Positions 12,028-27,000 of a stretch of 42,535 nucleotides of DNA are shown here, in pieces (the stretch's first letter is position 1; every line of letters starts with the position of its first letter). Under the pieces are notes generated by a model. The model did no database searches. It had not been told where the DNA came from and saw only the letters and a list, made by a program, of their open reading frames with translations. The stretch covers positions 1 through 42,535 of the forward strand of contig KZ538879.1 in NCBI GenBank assembly GCA_000934665.2, in the 5' to 3' direction. This DNA comes from Catajapyx aquilonaris. Taxonomy: Eukaryota. Position numbers and translations under genes: made by a program.

Positions 12028-15000
12028 GTTTGTGTGTCCTATTGATGCTGCTTCTGGCTGCGTAGGTTGAGGGTTCCAAAGGGGGACGAGCCCGGGAGAA
12101 TTTCTCACCCCAAATGATATAAATTGCATGTATGTCTGACACTTTGACCTGCAAGGAAGGTGGCTTGACATGTTGCAGGATGCGTCACATTTTGGCTTGA
12201 GGGATGTGCTCAGAGGCAGTGGGGGGCCTGGGAAGTCTGTACTGCTCTGTACAGTACATGCTAAGCAGATGCGGTGGACGTGCATAACAGCTGCACTTGC
12301 ACTTACTGAAAGGAGTTACTTCCGTGAAGAGCAAGGTCAACGACTGTTGGACAATATGTTTTAAAAGGGCTTCTTTTTCATCTAACAATAACAACTCCGC
12401 TTTATTTATTTATCTTAAACTTGGTACATCATAGAAATGAGGTTAGTAGCCAACTGCCTATTATTGTAACATTGCCAATATAAACGAACATTATTTGCCT
12501 AATAATATCTCACGTCTCTTAACTACCCCGGTATAAAATATAAAACGCCATAAACTGATCCTGATCCTCTCTCCAACCCCCAATCTCGCAGAGCTCCTCG
12601 TGTTTGATAAGGCCAGTTAATTCTGCAAGAATCGTTTCGTCAGGGTTATCAGTCAATAAAATCAAGGAATGGGTAAGCCCTGTGAGATTCGAGCAATGAG
12701 CAATTTGAAGAACGACCACAAGTGGAGTCGAAGAAGGTGGTAGTTTATCAGGGCTGTCAAAGCCCCTTTCCATTTTCTCGACTCATTACCCTCCTTCATT
12801 AGGCGGGAGACTGTTGGCGCGAGAAAAGCGGCCTCCTGATGAGCCCTTGCTCACGTCGGATAAAAGTTGCTCCAGCAAAGTCTTCTTGCCTGCTGCAGAC
12901 TTCGCACCGCTGCTCCTATCATAGCTCCATGTCAAGGAAATTCCAGCCAAATGTACTTTTATGCAGATTGCTCGACATTGTGTAGAGGGAGGGAGGGTTA
13001 TTAATGAAACGGATGCCAAACAGCCGTGGAAGAAAAACTGAGGCTTACACAGGGTTTAACTGATATTAATATTTAAATTTCGTGGGTTTGGACAGAGATA
13101 AATAATTGTTGAGAGAAGCGGCGGCAAATTGCTGTCATCTGGCTGGGGGATTAATTAGGCAGCTGGAGGATTTTACGAAACGGGTCGGTTTCTGAATGTT
13201 GTGTAATATCACGTATAGAACTCTATGCCATTGCATTGCTTGTGCTTGGCAGATAATAATGACTGTGCTCGCTATTACTTGTTATATCAGTCGCTTCAAC
13301 AGCAAAGCCTTATAGTTCAGCAAAGTGCGGTATAAGAATCTGACACTCTCAATCGCATTACACTGAAATATGTTTGAACTCATTCATATATGGAATTCAC
13401 ATGAAAGTGACCTCAACATGCATCGTCCAATTTAAAAATAAGTCCACCCATGCTATGATGTGTAACTGGAAAATCTTTCCATATATCTATCAACGTACTG
13501 TAAAAGAGTGGAAGAAAATAATGCTCTTTTTTTTTTCCTTTGCTAAGTGGTAAAGTGCTAAGAGTGAAATAAAAGGGGTAGTAAATGCCAAAAAATAGTA
13601 GCACGCAATTAATTAGCTCTGACAACCCACTGGAGGCAAACACACTTGAAAAGCTATGAATACAGTTCAAAGTCCTGCTTTTTGAGCAAAGCTTGCCAAC
13701 AAAGCGTACTGCAGCAGACGACAATATTAGTAACCTGGGTCAGTAAACACATCCGGAGTATAAAAAAAAGTCTCGCTTTTGTTCTAATGTTAGCATTTGT
13801 AGGAATAGACTCATGGTCCTGGGGAAGAAAGTGTTGACTTTTAACTGGTAGGTTTATTTGATCTGTTGTTTCTGGCCCACCCATCATCGATCTGGAATCG
13901 TCACTTCTCCTTCAATGCAGAGACCCCCCTGCAGCAATGTGCCCCACCCACACCAGAGGCACCCAACCCCACCCTTCCCCCGGACCATTGGCGTCATTTC
14001 TTTTCTGTTGCTTGCTTCTTTTACCGTTTATATATATAAATTCCGAGCCCGGCTGGTTCCTGTGCAGATAAGAGGGGTTTTGGCAGTAATGTCAACGGGG
14101 AAAGGGCAACTTGCCAACCATAGTGGAGATTGTTCGTGTCATCCCGCCTGGGTGGGGGATATCTGCCCTTTTTGTAATGGCCTGGGCGGGGATGGGAATG
14201 TCAGGCTTTTACCTAGATTTTGTTCGCAATATTGAAAACGTATTAACCTGCTATCAGCACCTAGAGGTGGAAAAAATACATTTCGTCACGCCTTTTTGAC
14301 TGTAGCTATACACGCTGCGGGAAAACGGGATGTAATTATTCGATGGAAGACTCAATAGCAAAATACCTAACAAACCTTAGAACAAACACATTGAATAACC
14401 CTGCACGATGTTTACTATTATTTACCGTGTTTACACGAATGGCAAAGGAAAAAAATTAACATGAAATTGCCTAATATTCAAGCATAGCCGAAATCTTAAG
14501 TGAACGGAAGAGAAATGACACAAATCCGCGCTTTTAAAAACCCAGCGGCACATTCTAGTCAACTTTCCTAGAAACGCTGCAATTAAAATAAGCATATTAA
14601 TAGTCCATTTGTGGCTGCACTGTAGCTCGAGCCAACTCATTAAAAATGGCATTAATGAAGGGCGTTATGGAGTATTTGGTGAGTGTTTTTCAGGTAGCTT
14701 AACGTCAAGCCATTATGGTTTTATTATAAGCTTCCCATTAAAATGTAGCTGTAACTGTAGTCTGGAAGCTTCAGTTTTTTTGTGCAACACATGTGTACCG
14801 GTGCATTTCGAAATATCTTTTCTAACATTTTCTGTCATAAATCTACGATTCCATAATTTGCGTGTTCTTATGAACTGAGTGACAAATATTAAGCGAATGA
14901 GCTGATTTTGCATCATTCTTGTACCTATCCGAACGTGTTCAATTCGATCCATTTTTATTCTCCTGGCACGCAGCAGATAAAAAGCGGGACATTTGGAGCG

Positions 15001-17471
15001 AAATATTAATCCGCATTAGTACAGTTCCTGAAAATCTGCCCAGCAAGCGATATATATCCCTGGTGTAATTCATTACATCAGTTTTTAACTGGATTACATT
15101 AGAGTCTAATGGATCACGAGCTAATCGACTATAATTACCGTCAGACCGATTTGCGATGCTCAATTGGTTCCGGTTTTGTCACGCCAGTTTCGAGTGAAAC
15201 CACTGTACAAAAAAAGGTCATATATACAGTACTTTCCGGGATAAAAATCAGAGCGTTTACCGACGGAGGCGCAGCAAATGGCCTACCTGAGATTGTAGTT
15301 TAGGGCTAGATTCTTTCGGGTTACATGAAGCAATTTTTCTTTCTCCCGCGTTATTTCCGTGAACCACAAGGGGGCACGCCTTTGACTCTCTATTTTGTTG
15401 GACCATTTGCCTTGATAAAGTGTGGGGATTTATCCGTGGAAGCCGAGTGGCGCCTAGAGAGGCAGTGGTATCGAGCTGGCTTCAACATTTTGCTGATTGT
15501 ATAGACTTCCATTCGAAAAACGAAAGGAGGAGAAGAAAAAAAAAATCGAACTCCAAGATAATAACTAGTTCTCTGTCCTCCATCCCACACCGTCGAATTA
15601 GAAGGTCCTGGGATTTGAAATATGCCGCACTTTCAGGGGCTACACACTATGAATTTTTATAGCCACTTAGATCTAGCTATAGCTGTCATGGGTATTGATC
15701 TCCCACTTAACCTGCTGCGAATGGCGTCTACCTTTGAAGTCTTATTTTTGTGGTGCTTTGCTCATCTCCGCATCCTTAATGCATGCAACACTCCTTGGTT
15801 AGGTGTGTAATTTGCGACCCACGAAAGGAAAGTGAGTGCCAAATTGCGCCAGGGTTTGGAGCAAGCAGGAAGGTTTTCTTCTCTTGTTAGCAGCTTCAGT
15901 GTGGAGAACCAATTTCAAGAGCGGGGCATGGGGACTTGGTCGTAATTAAACTGGAGTTAATTGGCCCTTTGCGAAGAACGTGGACAAGGAGAGGCGTCGG
16001 GGAAGTGTGTGGTCAATATTGTATTATGCTATGGGGGGTTGTCCTCATTGCAAGGTGCATAGTGTGAGCCGAGTCCAGTAATCCGTTTATATCAACAATG
16101 ACATGTGAAAGGAACAAACCACATCACACAGAATTACTAATGTGGGTCACCTTTTGCGTATGTTCATGTTGTTGCGGTGTGGCCTTGCGCAAGACTTTTC
16201 TTGCCGTACGTCAGTGTTCTAAAATGAATTGTCCGCAGTAGGCCGCTTAATTTCGAAGTGCTCAGTTAACTTTTGGCTGATCTGAAACTTATAAGAATGG
16301 TATAATTGGGTCCAACCCTTCATTGCCTTCTTGTAAGTGGGCCAAAAAAGAATTTCAATAATTTATGGCTGGAATAATATTTCATTCGACCCTTTTAAAA
16401 AGAAGTATATATTTGCACTTTTCTGCTCAATAAGAATCAGCTTATGTAATGCCAAAAATCAGTGTGCACCTATGTATCTACGGAAATGCATCTGTGTGAC
16501 GCTGAGCTTTCTGCTTATTTTGAGGGTTGTGGTGGTTGTTCTGTAATTATGTAAATGCTTATCGAAAACTACGGCTGCAACAGGGTGAATCCAAATCCTG
16601 CCCGCACAAGCAATGCTATAAAGTGCAGCCATGTGGAATTAGCACCGATCTGACAGTTTGCCAATATTTATTACGAGTAGGCGTATTAATCCGCGAGCGT
16701 GATTTAGCCTCCCGACTTGAGTGAACTGAGCGAACAATTATGATTACGACCATAATTGTAAATGACTTTTTATGGCCGAACAAAAAAAAACAACCCCAGA
16801 TGTTATCTTTATGGAACATCATACAGATTCTGCCTAAAGCGACATGCCCAGTGTTTGTTAATGCAATGGTCTCTTACACTAAACGTTAAAGCTGACATCA
16901 CTTTCCGGAGTTAAGTATTGCAGAGCGGGTTTTTTCCTTAAAAAGTGTTTAAAACTAGATGGAAAGTAAATGGATTGAAGCAGTCAAGTCATAAGGCAGA
17001 CCCTGAACTGGAGCAATACGCGTCGTCATCTGCAGGTGAATGGCTACTTCGAGCACTTTTACAGCCAATCAAAAGTTTTATATCCACCTTTTAAGTATCC
17101 GTCATCATATTCTTTTAGCGACTGTGAAAAAAGAGGGAAATTTCGGTCGAGCAGAAAACACGAATGAAATAGGCTTTTGCCAAAAAGCCGATACGATCAA
17201 TAAATTTTTTCCTCTCTACGTTCGCACTTTTTCGCAGTATAGTCGAATCGCATCGATTCTAACATTTATTTCCGACACAACATGATGTTCCTATTTTTGT
17301 CTGCTGGCAGTAAAACGCCCGAACGAATAATCGTGGAACCGGGTTTTAGTACCTCCGGATCCAAAATTCAAAAGCTTCATGCCAGCCGATCCTTCTATTC
17401 TGCTGGTATACTGCCATCGTGTGTATAGAAACTGTGTGGGGGGAAAAAACCACGACTGAAAACTAAACTTC

Positions 17472-17488
17472 CTCTCTCTCTCTCTCTC
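17472..17488. repeat. (CT)8 microsatellite
   Basis: ctctctctctctctctc. Confidence 0.9.
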
Positions 17489-17937
17489 ATGGTGTCATTA
17501 CTCTGGCTCCTGTGCCCAAACTAATTAGTGCTGGCGAGAGGTCTAAATGGTTGCGAGCAATGTCAATGTTCGTGCCATGCAAGCTACACGCGTTTGTGTA
17601 GCGTGACATTAGACCTGCTCTGGGAATTGCCAATTCTGTTGCACCAAGGACCCCAGCTTCAATACGCAGGCAATGAGCAGAGGCCTGGAACGGTCTAATT
17701 GCTTCTCTTTTTTCTGCATTTTGTTGTGCCATCTTTGATTTCGACTTATTTGGTCCTCCTTTTCAGTCAGGACACAGGTTGGAGGACAAAAAAAGGAGCA
17801 TGAATTGTCCTGTGCATATACAAAAAAAAAAACATATTTTTTAAAAAGAAATATTAGAAAAACCACTCGCATTTTTCTAGGCCGGTAGAGGAGGGGCAAA
17901 GGGTTGAGGTGTCGGAAGAGACGGTCTGCGATGTTTA

Positions 17938-18078
17938 CTAGCCGCTAGTCAGCAATCAACTGAAAGTTCCTCCCGCTATTGCGCAGGCGCAGGACGGGGG
18001 CCAATCGGAAGCGTGAGTAACAACATACGGCGGGCCAATCAGAAGCCTTACACGACGAATACGATTTAATATTATAGA
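17938..18078 (-). mobile_element. Possible non-autonomous mini-Helitron relic (141 nt)
   Basis: On the minus strand it begins A|TCTATAATATTAAATCG (TC start, AT-rich 5' end typical of insect Helitrons) and ends CTAG|T, so it sits in an AT target without a duplication. The subterminal hairpin is weak. Confidence 0.35.
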
Positions 18079-21000
18079 TTGGCAAGATTGCTGTTTACAA
18101 ATTGTTACACTGCGGCACGTTTTGTTCAGTTATTCCAGGATTCTCTGGAAAAAGATTCGTCGCAGGTCATGTTGGAAGCCCATTTTTGTGGCAGTGCGGT
18201 TGACATTAGGAGGCACAATGTGATTGATGGTCCGATTCGAACAGGTTTCCAAATTGATTTTTCGTGTCGAGACCAGATGGAGCGAGGAAGCTGCTTTACT
18301 GATCTCTCTATTCGTGTCTACTTGGACATGAGCCCTGAGCACCGGTGGTCATAAAATAGAAACAAATTGTGGCCGGGTATATAGCTTCAAAATATCTTTT
18401 CAAAAGTTTCTCCTTTTCCCCCAGTAGACCGCATGAGTTCGGAATGTTCTGGTGGTTAGGCTTTGCTAGACAGGAAAGCAACTTCATCCTTTCATGTGGG
18501 CACAAACTCCTTAACTTCAGAAAAGGACAGCTTAGAACCAAAGGGAGGGTGAAAAAATAGCCGCAAAATTTCTTTATACGAACTAGGATACTTTCATTGT
18601 GGTTCCTGTTACATTAGAGTTGGTGCGCCACACCTGTTGCTTTTTGTTCGATTTCTTTGTGAAATATTATTGCGGAAGCTCTGCTGATAATGTGATTGCG
18701 CATCGGCACGTTTACTGCAGAAACTACTCATTACGCCTATACTTAAATGATAATATTGTGTTTAACGCTCTACAGTACAGTGTGACTGTACTGATTGTAC
18801 TATCAATTTTGCGCAGTTCTTTCTCCCATGAAAAGCCTCATGTGTCCAAGTGCCTATAGACTGCGGCAGATATCAGCTGGGCAGACACAGAAACGTTGGT
18901 AATAAAGCTCGTTTCTGCCACTTCCCAAATAATATCTTGAGCAGGTGGGATGAAGACGTATATATTGTATAGAAACCTTGCACACTATAGTCGTCTGGAG
19001 TTGCTGGATGGTGCATTATAGTCCACTCTTGCAGGACTCTTGATGGAAGAAAAGCAATCTAGAAACCGGGGTCTTTATAGCTGCTGGTCTGGGCCCTTCC
19101 TTTCCCCGCACACCCCAGCTTACATTCGACTGTTTCCAGTCCATTTCCTGGGAATAAGTGTTGGTGAGAGAGGTCCGTTAGGGCTGTGGGAGATCTTCCG
19201 GCATGGCCCCGACCCCCGATCACTCTGATTAGCTGCACTTGATCGGTCCCGTGCCACTTGCGATAATGACACCAGACTTGGATTGCCCAACGTCCATCCC
19301 TGCGCGTGTTGCCGGCTGTTCAGATCCATTCTCATTGCTCACACTTCTTCAGAGAGGGCTTCGTTTATTGCCGGTGCAGTGCTTGTCTCGGTCCTCACAA
19401 GTGGATATACCACTGATGACCAGCTCTAAGTTCATTAACGCTCCTCTGCCATCGTCATTTGTAATGGTCGGACCCATCACCGTAAAGTAATAAGGCTGCA
19501 CATCATTTATTAGCTGCACTTCTGGCTCGAGGTTGCCAGTGCAATTAGTTGCTTTTTTGCAATGTAATAGGGATCTATATTTGTTCCCAGTGTCTTTGAT
19601 CCTTAATGAACTATGGCGTGACAGAGAGACCAATTTTGAACCGGTAACGTGATTTAAAACTGCATGAATATGTGATGACTCCTCTTTATCCTTTTTTAAA
19701 TTCGCCAGTTATCTATACGTAAATGTTCTGTAAAAACACAGGCTATTTTGGTATAAGCTTCTATGGCGGTAACAAATCGTGCTAATTCTGTGGCTTGACC
19801 GCCTTTGAAAAGAGACTATAAAGGGAGCATTTAGGTTATAATATGAGCGGTTTTTCGCAGGAAAACTTTCACTGTCAACTCAGGGCTCTGTTCTCTTGAC
19901 CACAATCGGCTAGGTGAGGTCAACAAATGAAAGAAAAAGGAAATCCTCTATAATTTTAACTGCAGGTTTTCACTGAACGTCACGGTTACTGTAAGCATTC
20001 AAAAATTATTCATCAGCGTAGTTTTTTACTCTGAAGATTTATTATTAAAATGATGCTGAGTGGGTCAGCAAGGCTGCAAATATTAAATTAGTATACCGGA
20101 AAAATTAACTTCTGGTGAACCGGTACTATACAGTGTTTGTTCTTTCCGCCTGGCTGGAAACGATACAGTGCATTCGAAATTTAGCTCACATAATTATTTG
20201 GTGAATATTTTATTTCTAATTGCTCTTGACCTGAAATGTAGGTACTGTACTACACACGTACACATGAATCTACACCGTGTAGTACTAGTCCGCAACATTT
20301 CCAGTGTCACCTGAATTATGACACGTACGGTATTATTTCTCCATCGATAATTCAAAAACGACACTGGCAGAAATGCAGCCAAAAAGCGCTGGAGAGCCAG
20401 GAAATACGGGGTCTTTTATTTAAGCCCGAGCAGCGCCAGATGACACGAATTGCATGCTCAGTATAATTGCACATATGCTTACGTTACCTCGCCCCCTCTA
20501 GTGAAATATGGATGTAGCATGCACCGCGGTAATGTCTCCGTCACAGGGCTGCGAAGTTAAATAATTTACGACTTTTTGGCCGTGCGGGTTTTAAGCAGCG
20601 TCAGATATGACAACCGTTTTAAGGCTTGATCTTTGCGGAACGGAACCAATTTAAAACGGTCGATCGCAATCAATCAGTCAAATTTGACAATAAAATTACA
20701 TAAAAATCGTACCTAACTGTACAACCTCAGTCATTTCCAGCCCCAAGCTTACAGATGTGCCCAGCATGCTGGAACTCACTACTATAAGGGAGAGCCAGCC
20801 ATGTTTGGACTTGATAATATCAGAGTTGGACACGAAATGGAAATGCTATTTGGTTATGAGGACTGCAAATGCGATGCATTCAAACGGGTGGAAATTCGGT
20901 TTGGCTAAGGCAGTTTGGGGGAGATGGCTGAGGAGTGCTGCTCTATAAGTTTCAATCGGACTGGAAGGTTTCATTATTACGAAATGGTGCACATTCACTA

Positions 21001-24000
21001 TATTTTTTTGCGCTTTATTGCACATTAGATGAAGTCGAGCGAGGAACCTTCTCATAACAGTGAGCATGACTTTTTATTGTACTGTGCAAGATTTTCGTTA
21101 CATATAGCCACTTTACTTTTGATAGTGGTAATGTTAATTGCCAAGCGAGAGGAAGGTTCTGCGCCATTGCCCATTGAGAAAAATTCATACCGTCAGATTT
21201 ATTTCTTTGCAAATATACCAGCAAATTAGCAGTGCATGTTACCAATGAAACTGTACTTTTTACACAATGTTTTGCGGGCAGAACGAGGATTTGTTTGGTT
21301 CTAGCTGATGGTTTTTAGGAGCGTGAAATTGTCCTTTCTACTAGTTTTTTCCCCACCGCATGCCGCATTTTTTTGGTCCCCAGACTGAGAAGACAAAGCA
21401 GGCAGTTTTGTAATCCTTGGTAGAGCGGGATGTGCAGTGATTGGACATTCAGGGCTTCCTGACCGAGGATAAGCCGATATGGAAACCGCAGAATCCTCCG
21501 CGGCGGCTGCTTTCGAGCCCAGCCATTCTCTCCAATCAAAGTTGAGGCTTCAGCAAAGCCGCTTGCTATCAACTAGCTAATCCATCCTCATTCTGGCGTT
21601 ACCAATGTCGATTTATCCTCAAAACCTCAGCGTCGTTCCCTGACATCTTCCGGAAAGGCGACGGAGGCTGGGAGGGATGAATTTGGCCACACTTTTTTTT
21701 TGTCGCAATGGCGGCAGACTCTTCATTTGTTCAAAGAAGCGTGGCAAATTTGCATCTTTGAAAGCGAGATGAAAGCTGCCACTGGAGGATTTATTTCCCC
21801 AGGAAATATAGAAGGGATTCACATTTTGACAGCGTTTTCGCAGAGTCGTGATGATATACACAATTTCCTATTAGAAGTCCAAAATGTCCTGACCTGTCTG
21901 AATGACAAGTTAAAACGACTATTGATTTGACGTTACTTCTTTCCAGGCCCGTGCTGTGTGTAGGCTGTGTTGGAAACAATCCTAGGGATTAAGGTGGAAG
22001 CACCATTGTTAAGATCCGTAAATGGGAAAAGTTAGCTCTGCTGCATTAGAGGGACACGGAAAAGCCTTTTGCTGGCCGATCGATGCTTTTTGTCCTGTTC
22101 TGACTATAGAGGAGTCATTACAGCAGACGCTTTAAAAAAAACCCAAGGATACGGAATCAACATGCCCAAGGCAAATCAAGAAAAGGGTTGAAATGCAGAC
22201 TTTTATCGTGCACACGGTTGCTTTTTTAACATGAGAGAAAAATACTGTCCGCCACTCACATAAAGAGCCGGAAAGATCTGCACCATTGCCTGGAGTGTTA
22301 TTCTTTTTGCGACTGATATTATTTGAATGTAGTTGAATATACGCATTATAAGTAAATTCGGTGCAATAAAAAAACACGGAAAAAGTCAGACTTTCTGAGT
22401 GGGTTTTGTACAGTCAGACTGATTTAAAAAAGATAACCTACTTCAAGTAATATAGTTAACGACAACCCACTTTTCGTAATGCAAGCCCAACAAAGAAGTG
22501 GAACTGAATCAGTTTTTTAATTCCGTTGCCTGCCGGGAGGATAAGGGGCTTAGATCTGAGGATTACAAGAGGGTTTGAGTTATTTCGAGGAGAAAGAACT
22601 TGACGGATTAACAACGTTATGGAGCAAATACTGCAACTTAACTTTTAGGAAGTACTGTAGTATTCCAATAACGTACTATATGCAGTGGAATAATAATTAC
22701 ATTGATTAATCAGTGCTGAAACTTTTGGCCTTTTGGGACAGCGCGCATTGGAGAAGTTTGGATTATCTCCACTTTAAAATATTTAGTGTGGTATAAACCA
22801 CAGACATGTAAAGGAAAGTTTTAATATGGGTCTACTTATAGAAGTGATTAGCAGGAATTTGTGGTGTTTTGTAATCGGATTTTACTTTCGTGCAACGTCC
22901 CGATAGTACCGAATTTTATCCCCCCACCCAACGTGGTTACTGCTGTATCAGTGACACAGAAAGCGGATTACACTGCGCGAGTTTGGGGCATTTCGTCCCC
23001 TCCCTAGTGCTGGTCCTTGTATATACAGACCAAGTAGGTCAGACGGCTATATATGATGGGGATAAGGAAGGATTTTGCGAGGACCAACGATGCTGGGCAA
23101 GGGCTCGACAAAACTTATGAATCACATTAGCAGATATAGCTAGGGCAGCCCAGAGGTGAGTCGATCCGTCGTCCTGGCCTAGCTGGAGTGCTCCCTTGTT
23201 AATGTCCAACTACTGCAGGACTGTTGATTTTGCCAGACCGGAACAGATGGTTTTGGTGGCCGCGTTACGTATCGACGCTGCGGTCAGGTTACCGAACACG
23301 CTGCCCGACCTGTACTCGGAACAGACTGTGGTAATTGCTTAGTCAAGGACACTACACTTTTGCCGACTGCAATTACCGAATTTTGTAATGAAAAACAATA
23401 ATTATTCTCGCACTTTCGCATATTTCTCCAGTGTCATCAAGAGGACCATATAGCCAATGAGCTTCCTTCTTGGGATGCAGTAGGAAAGGCCATTAAGTCC
23501 TATTATATAGCTGGGCTGAGATAGGCCTTGCCTCGCAAAATAGCTATTCATTACTCGGCCGTTGTTTCCGGCGAAGCTTGGAAATAGGTTCCGCCTTGTG
23601 GAGGGGATAAGCAAGACATGAGATAGTGGGGAGAGTGCAGGTTCTTAGCTGGAGGAGAAAGAGAGGGCTCCCCGATGAAACGTCTGGTGGATGGATATTT
23701 CCTCTTACAGAGACCGGAATTGGCTGGTTTGCTTCAAGGAGAGGGCCACACAGCACCGTCGGATTACAGTTTTACGGCCCATGGGTTTGTGCATTCCGCA
23801 GGAGCCGTCTGGGGGGAAGGGGGCCTTAATGGATGCAGATGGGGGGCCCGCAACAATTGAAAGAGATGAGGCCAACGAGCGGAGGGCAACCCCCTCGACG
23901 GATGTCGCGATTTGCCAGTATGGCCTCCCGATACTGTCAACAAAGAAGATTTTGGCGCCTGATGCCCTGCTTCCGATGCAACTAGTGGCACATTCCAAGC

Positions 24001-27000
24001 AGTGGTACGACGGAACAGCCAGCAGCCATAGCATCAAGATATGGGTTAACACGGATGTCGTTTGTCTTTAGGTCCAAATTAGAATACGGGAAACTTGGCA
24101 ACACTGCCCTCACCACCGAGTGTGACCGTAGTGGCATATTTCTCACATATATTACACATCCTCCCTCTTTGGATACTAACTGACGACTCATCGCGGACAA
24201 ACAGAGGCACACACTCATCGTGTCTCATCATGTGAGAAACTCCACTAGAAGCAGCTATCAAACATCGCCATTGTTATGACGATGTGTTCAAGAAATAGTT
24301 CCTTCCCTAGCACCCTCTTTTTTTTGGATGGCACGGGGGATATTTTCAGCGCGTGTAAACTGCCAAACTTTACCGCTCATTATGGCCGTTTTATGCATTA
24401 GTAACGTTCCTTCCGGGCTCTTTCTGAAAATATTAATTGGAAATTCGAAAGTTTCTGGGGGTAGAGTGCGCGCAACAATAGAATGTTAAATACCTCGCCC
24501 GAAGCATCTGCCGACAGGGAATGATGGAGAGACGCTTATGGGTTTTACGGGCCCATGATACATTTGGGATGATTTACTGAATACTTCCAAAATATTTTAA
24601 ACTTTTTAGTCACCGTTACCACTAATTGCGCGGATGGTTCCAACAAAACCCATTCCAAACGTCATATTATATCGTATAATATGAGTAAGCCTGTAAATAA
24701 CGGCGCATTGCTGTCATTGCATATACTGCGCTATTTTTGGTATTTGATATGTCGAATTTTTTATTATTTTTGTTAATTTTTACCCTATGGGGGATAGGTC
24801 TAATACTTTCTTGGTATTTTTTCTGGTTAAAATAGAATGTTTAAAAAAATTTGTCAGATGCAAGTCTTATCCTGGCGAACTCTGCAACCTATGAGGATTG
24901 TTCGCCAGCTGGCATATACACAGGGGCACAAAGCAACGCACATTATTTATACCGCAATTTTTTTTTGTCTGTCGCCGAAAAGAACCCTGAATTTTCCTGC
25001 TAACCCTCCCAAAGAGTCTGTAAGTCCTGAGGGCCATATTTCATCCGGTCGCTAAAAAGTGCATTACATTAAAATGCTGCTGTATAAAAGCGAGTGGTGT
25101 TTGAAGCCGGCGGTCAAGCTGCGAGGAAGATGCATGGTGGAGGCTTGGAGTCTTTATGTTAGTTGTCGGGTGACAGCTGTGTAAAGTTGGCAGAAGAAGC
25201 GAGAGGAGGATGGCTTATGGGGAGGAAAGTCTTCATTACTGGGGCCTGGCAACTGGGGCCGACTTCCCGCAAAGTATTTTACGATTACGATTTTTTTTTT
25301 TTGAAAGGAGGGGAAAAGCGCGGGGTATACCCAAGGCTTTTGGAAATTTGAATGGACTAGGCGTGAAAATCCTCCTTGGGGACTTTCCAAGAACCGGATT
25401 AAAGTACAATCAGTCATCCGTTTGCAGGTGTTGGGATAAGTAGCCTCTCCGCATTACCATAAGTCACGAGGAGATTTCTTCACGAATTTTAACTACAAGG
25501 GGATTTGACAAGCGAACTCTACTTTTGAATCCAAGATGTAATTATGCAGGTGAAAGAGCGAAAGTAATTCAAGAAGACGATACGGTAATTCAAGAACAAC
25601 TAAGAACCAGTTGTATCCGTTCAAATTGAAGGACAATATTTAATTATATGTGTCTAGTGTGCATGTGCAGTGTAAAATATTGCATATTGCTCCATTTTTG
25701 TGCAAAAAATATGAACCGCCAGATTGCTTTATAGGTGTATGAAGTATGATAGTTCTGAGCCTGGCCCAATGTTAAAATTTGGCGCATTCATCCAACAGTG
25801 AACATGCCAAAAATTACCAGCCAAAGTGGTAATTTGATACGACCCAATTTCCCACCCACCAAAAAATCAAGTGTTACATCAGAGAGCCACTTGATCTGGT
25901 CCAGTGCCCTAATCCCTTCCCCGCAATTATTCGAGTGAAAAACGCACGCATTTTTTGAAAAACATGCGGATCACCAACTCTCTTTACCCACAACAATGCA
26001 GCTTCACTATAAATAAAGCCATGCATGTAATGTGAAGGACTGTAAAGCAAGCTACATGCGTATAGTATATCCGAGGCCGTGCTCCAGCAACAGAACAAAG
26101 AGAAATACTGGCTGCTACAGTTAAAGAGGGGTTACGTATTGCCCATGGAATGAACAGCTTAATTGGCGTGCTCAAAGTGCGTGTCCACTTTCTCTCTGGG
26201 ATGTTTCCTTTGAACCTGGGTCCCATCCCCCTCTGAATTTGCATGGATACGTACTGGCTGGGCTCATGGAGACAGGCTTTTCCCGCGGAAGCCGGAGAGA
26301 GATATATGGAGAACGTAAGGTAGAGATAGATTCATTAGCCATGAGGGAGAGCTTCTGCATGGTGCAGTGGCGCAGTTGCTACTGTGATTCTCAAGCTTTG
26401 CAGTGCGAAAATCTTTGCTCTTGTATAGTCGAAGACCTGGGCTGCTGCGGCATAGTCCGGAAGAAATGCGTTTCATATCGAGCTGCCTTCAACCGTCAAT
26501 AAAAACGAATATTGGAAACTGCAGGGGAAGGACCGTAATTTCAAGCAGGGTTGCACAGTTTTATGTATAGGTCTATATTATATGGCGGGGCTGAGCTTCG
26601 TATATTGGTTGCAGAAATTGTGCGATATTCTTTTCCTTTCGAATATGTTTTTTAGGGTAAATGCTCGTGGGATCATGAAAGTTTAAGAAGAAAATCTGTG
26701 CTGGATGCCTTATACAGCTTGAGAACATGATGTATTTGACGTGAAAACATGGAATTTTATGTATAATTTATGCATAGTGCAACTAATTTATGGGAAAGTA
26801 TGGGAAAAAGAAGAGCCTGGAAACTAGCGGATTAATTGAGTAAAACTGTTTTTCAAAATTATCTTGGGAATGTAGTGCACTATATAATTCAGGGATATGT
26901 CGCTCTCATCCGAACGAAAAGTAAGACTATATAATTATTAGAACGAAACTTTCTGCACCTATCGAATCGAGGATTCAAGATTTTAATCTCATAAAGTGCA

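Noticed and set aside
23330..23378. Hairpin ggtaattgc...gcaattacc as a pre-miRNA
   Set aside because: Only 9 perfect bp with a bulged interior, and no match to conserved animal miRNAs that I can recall.
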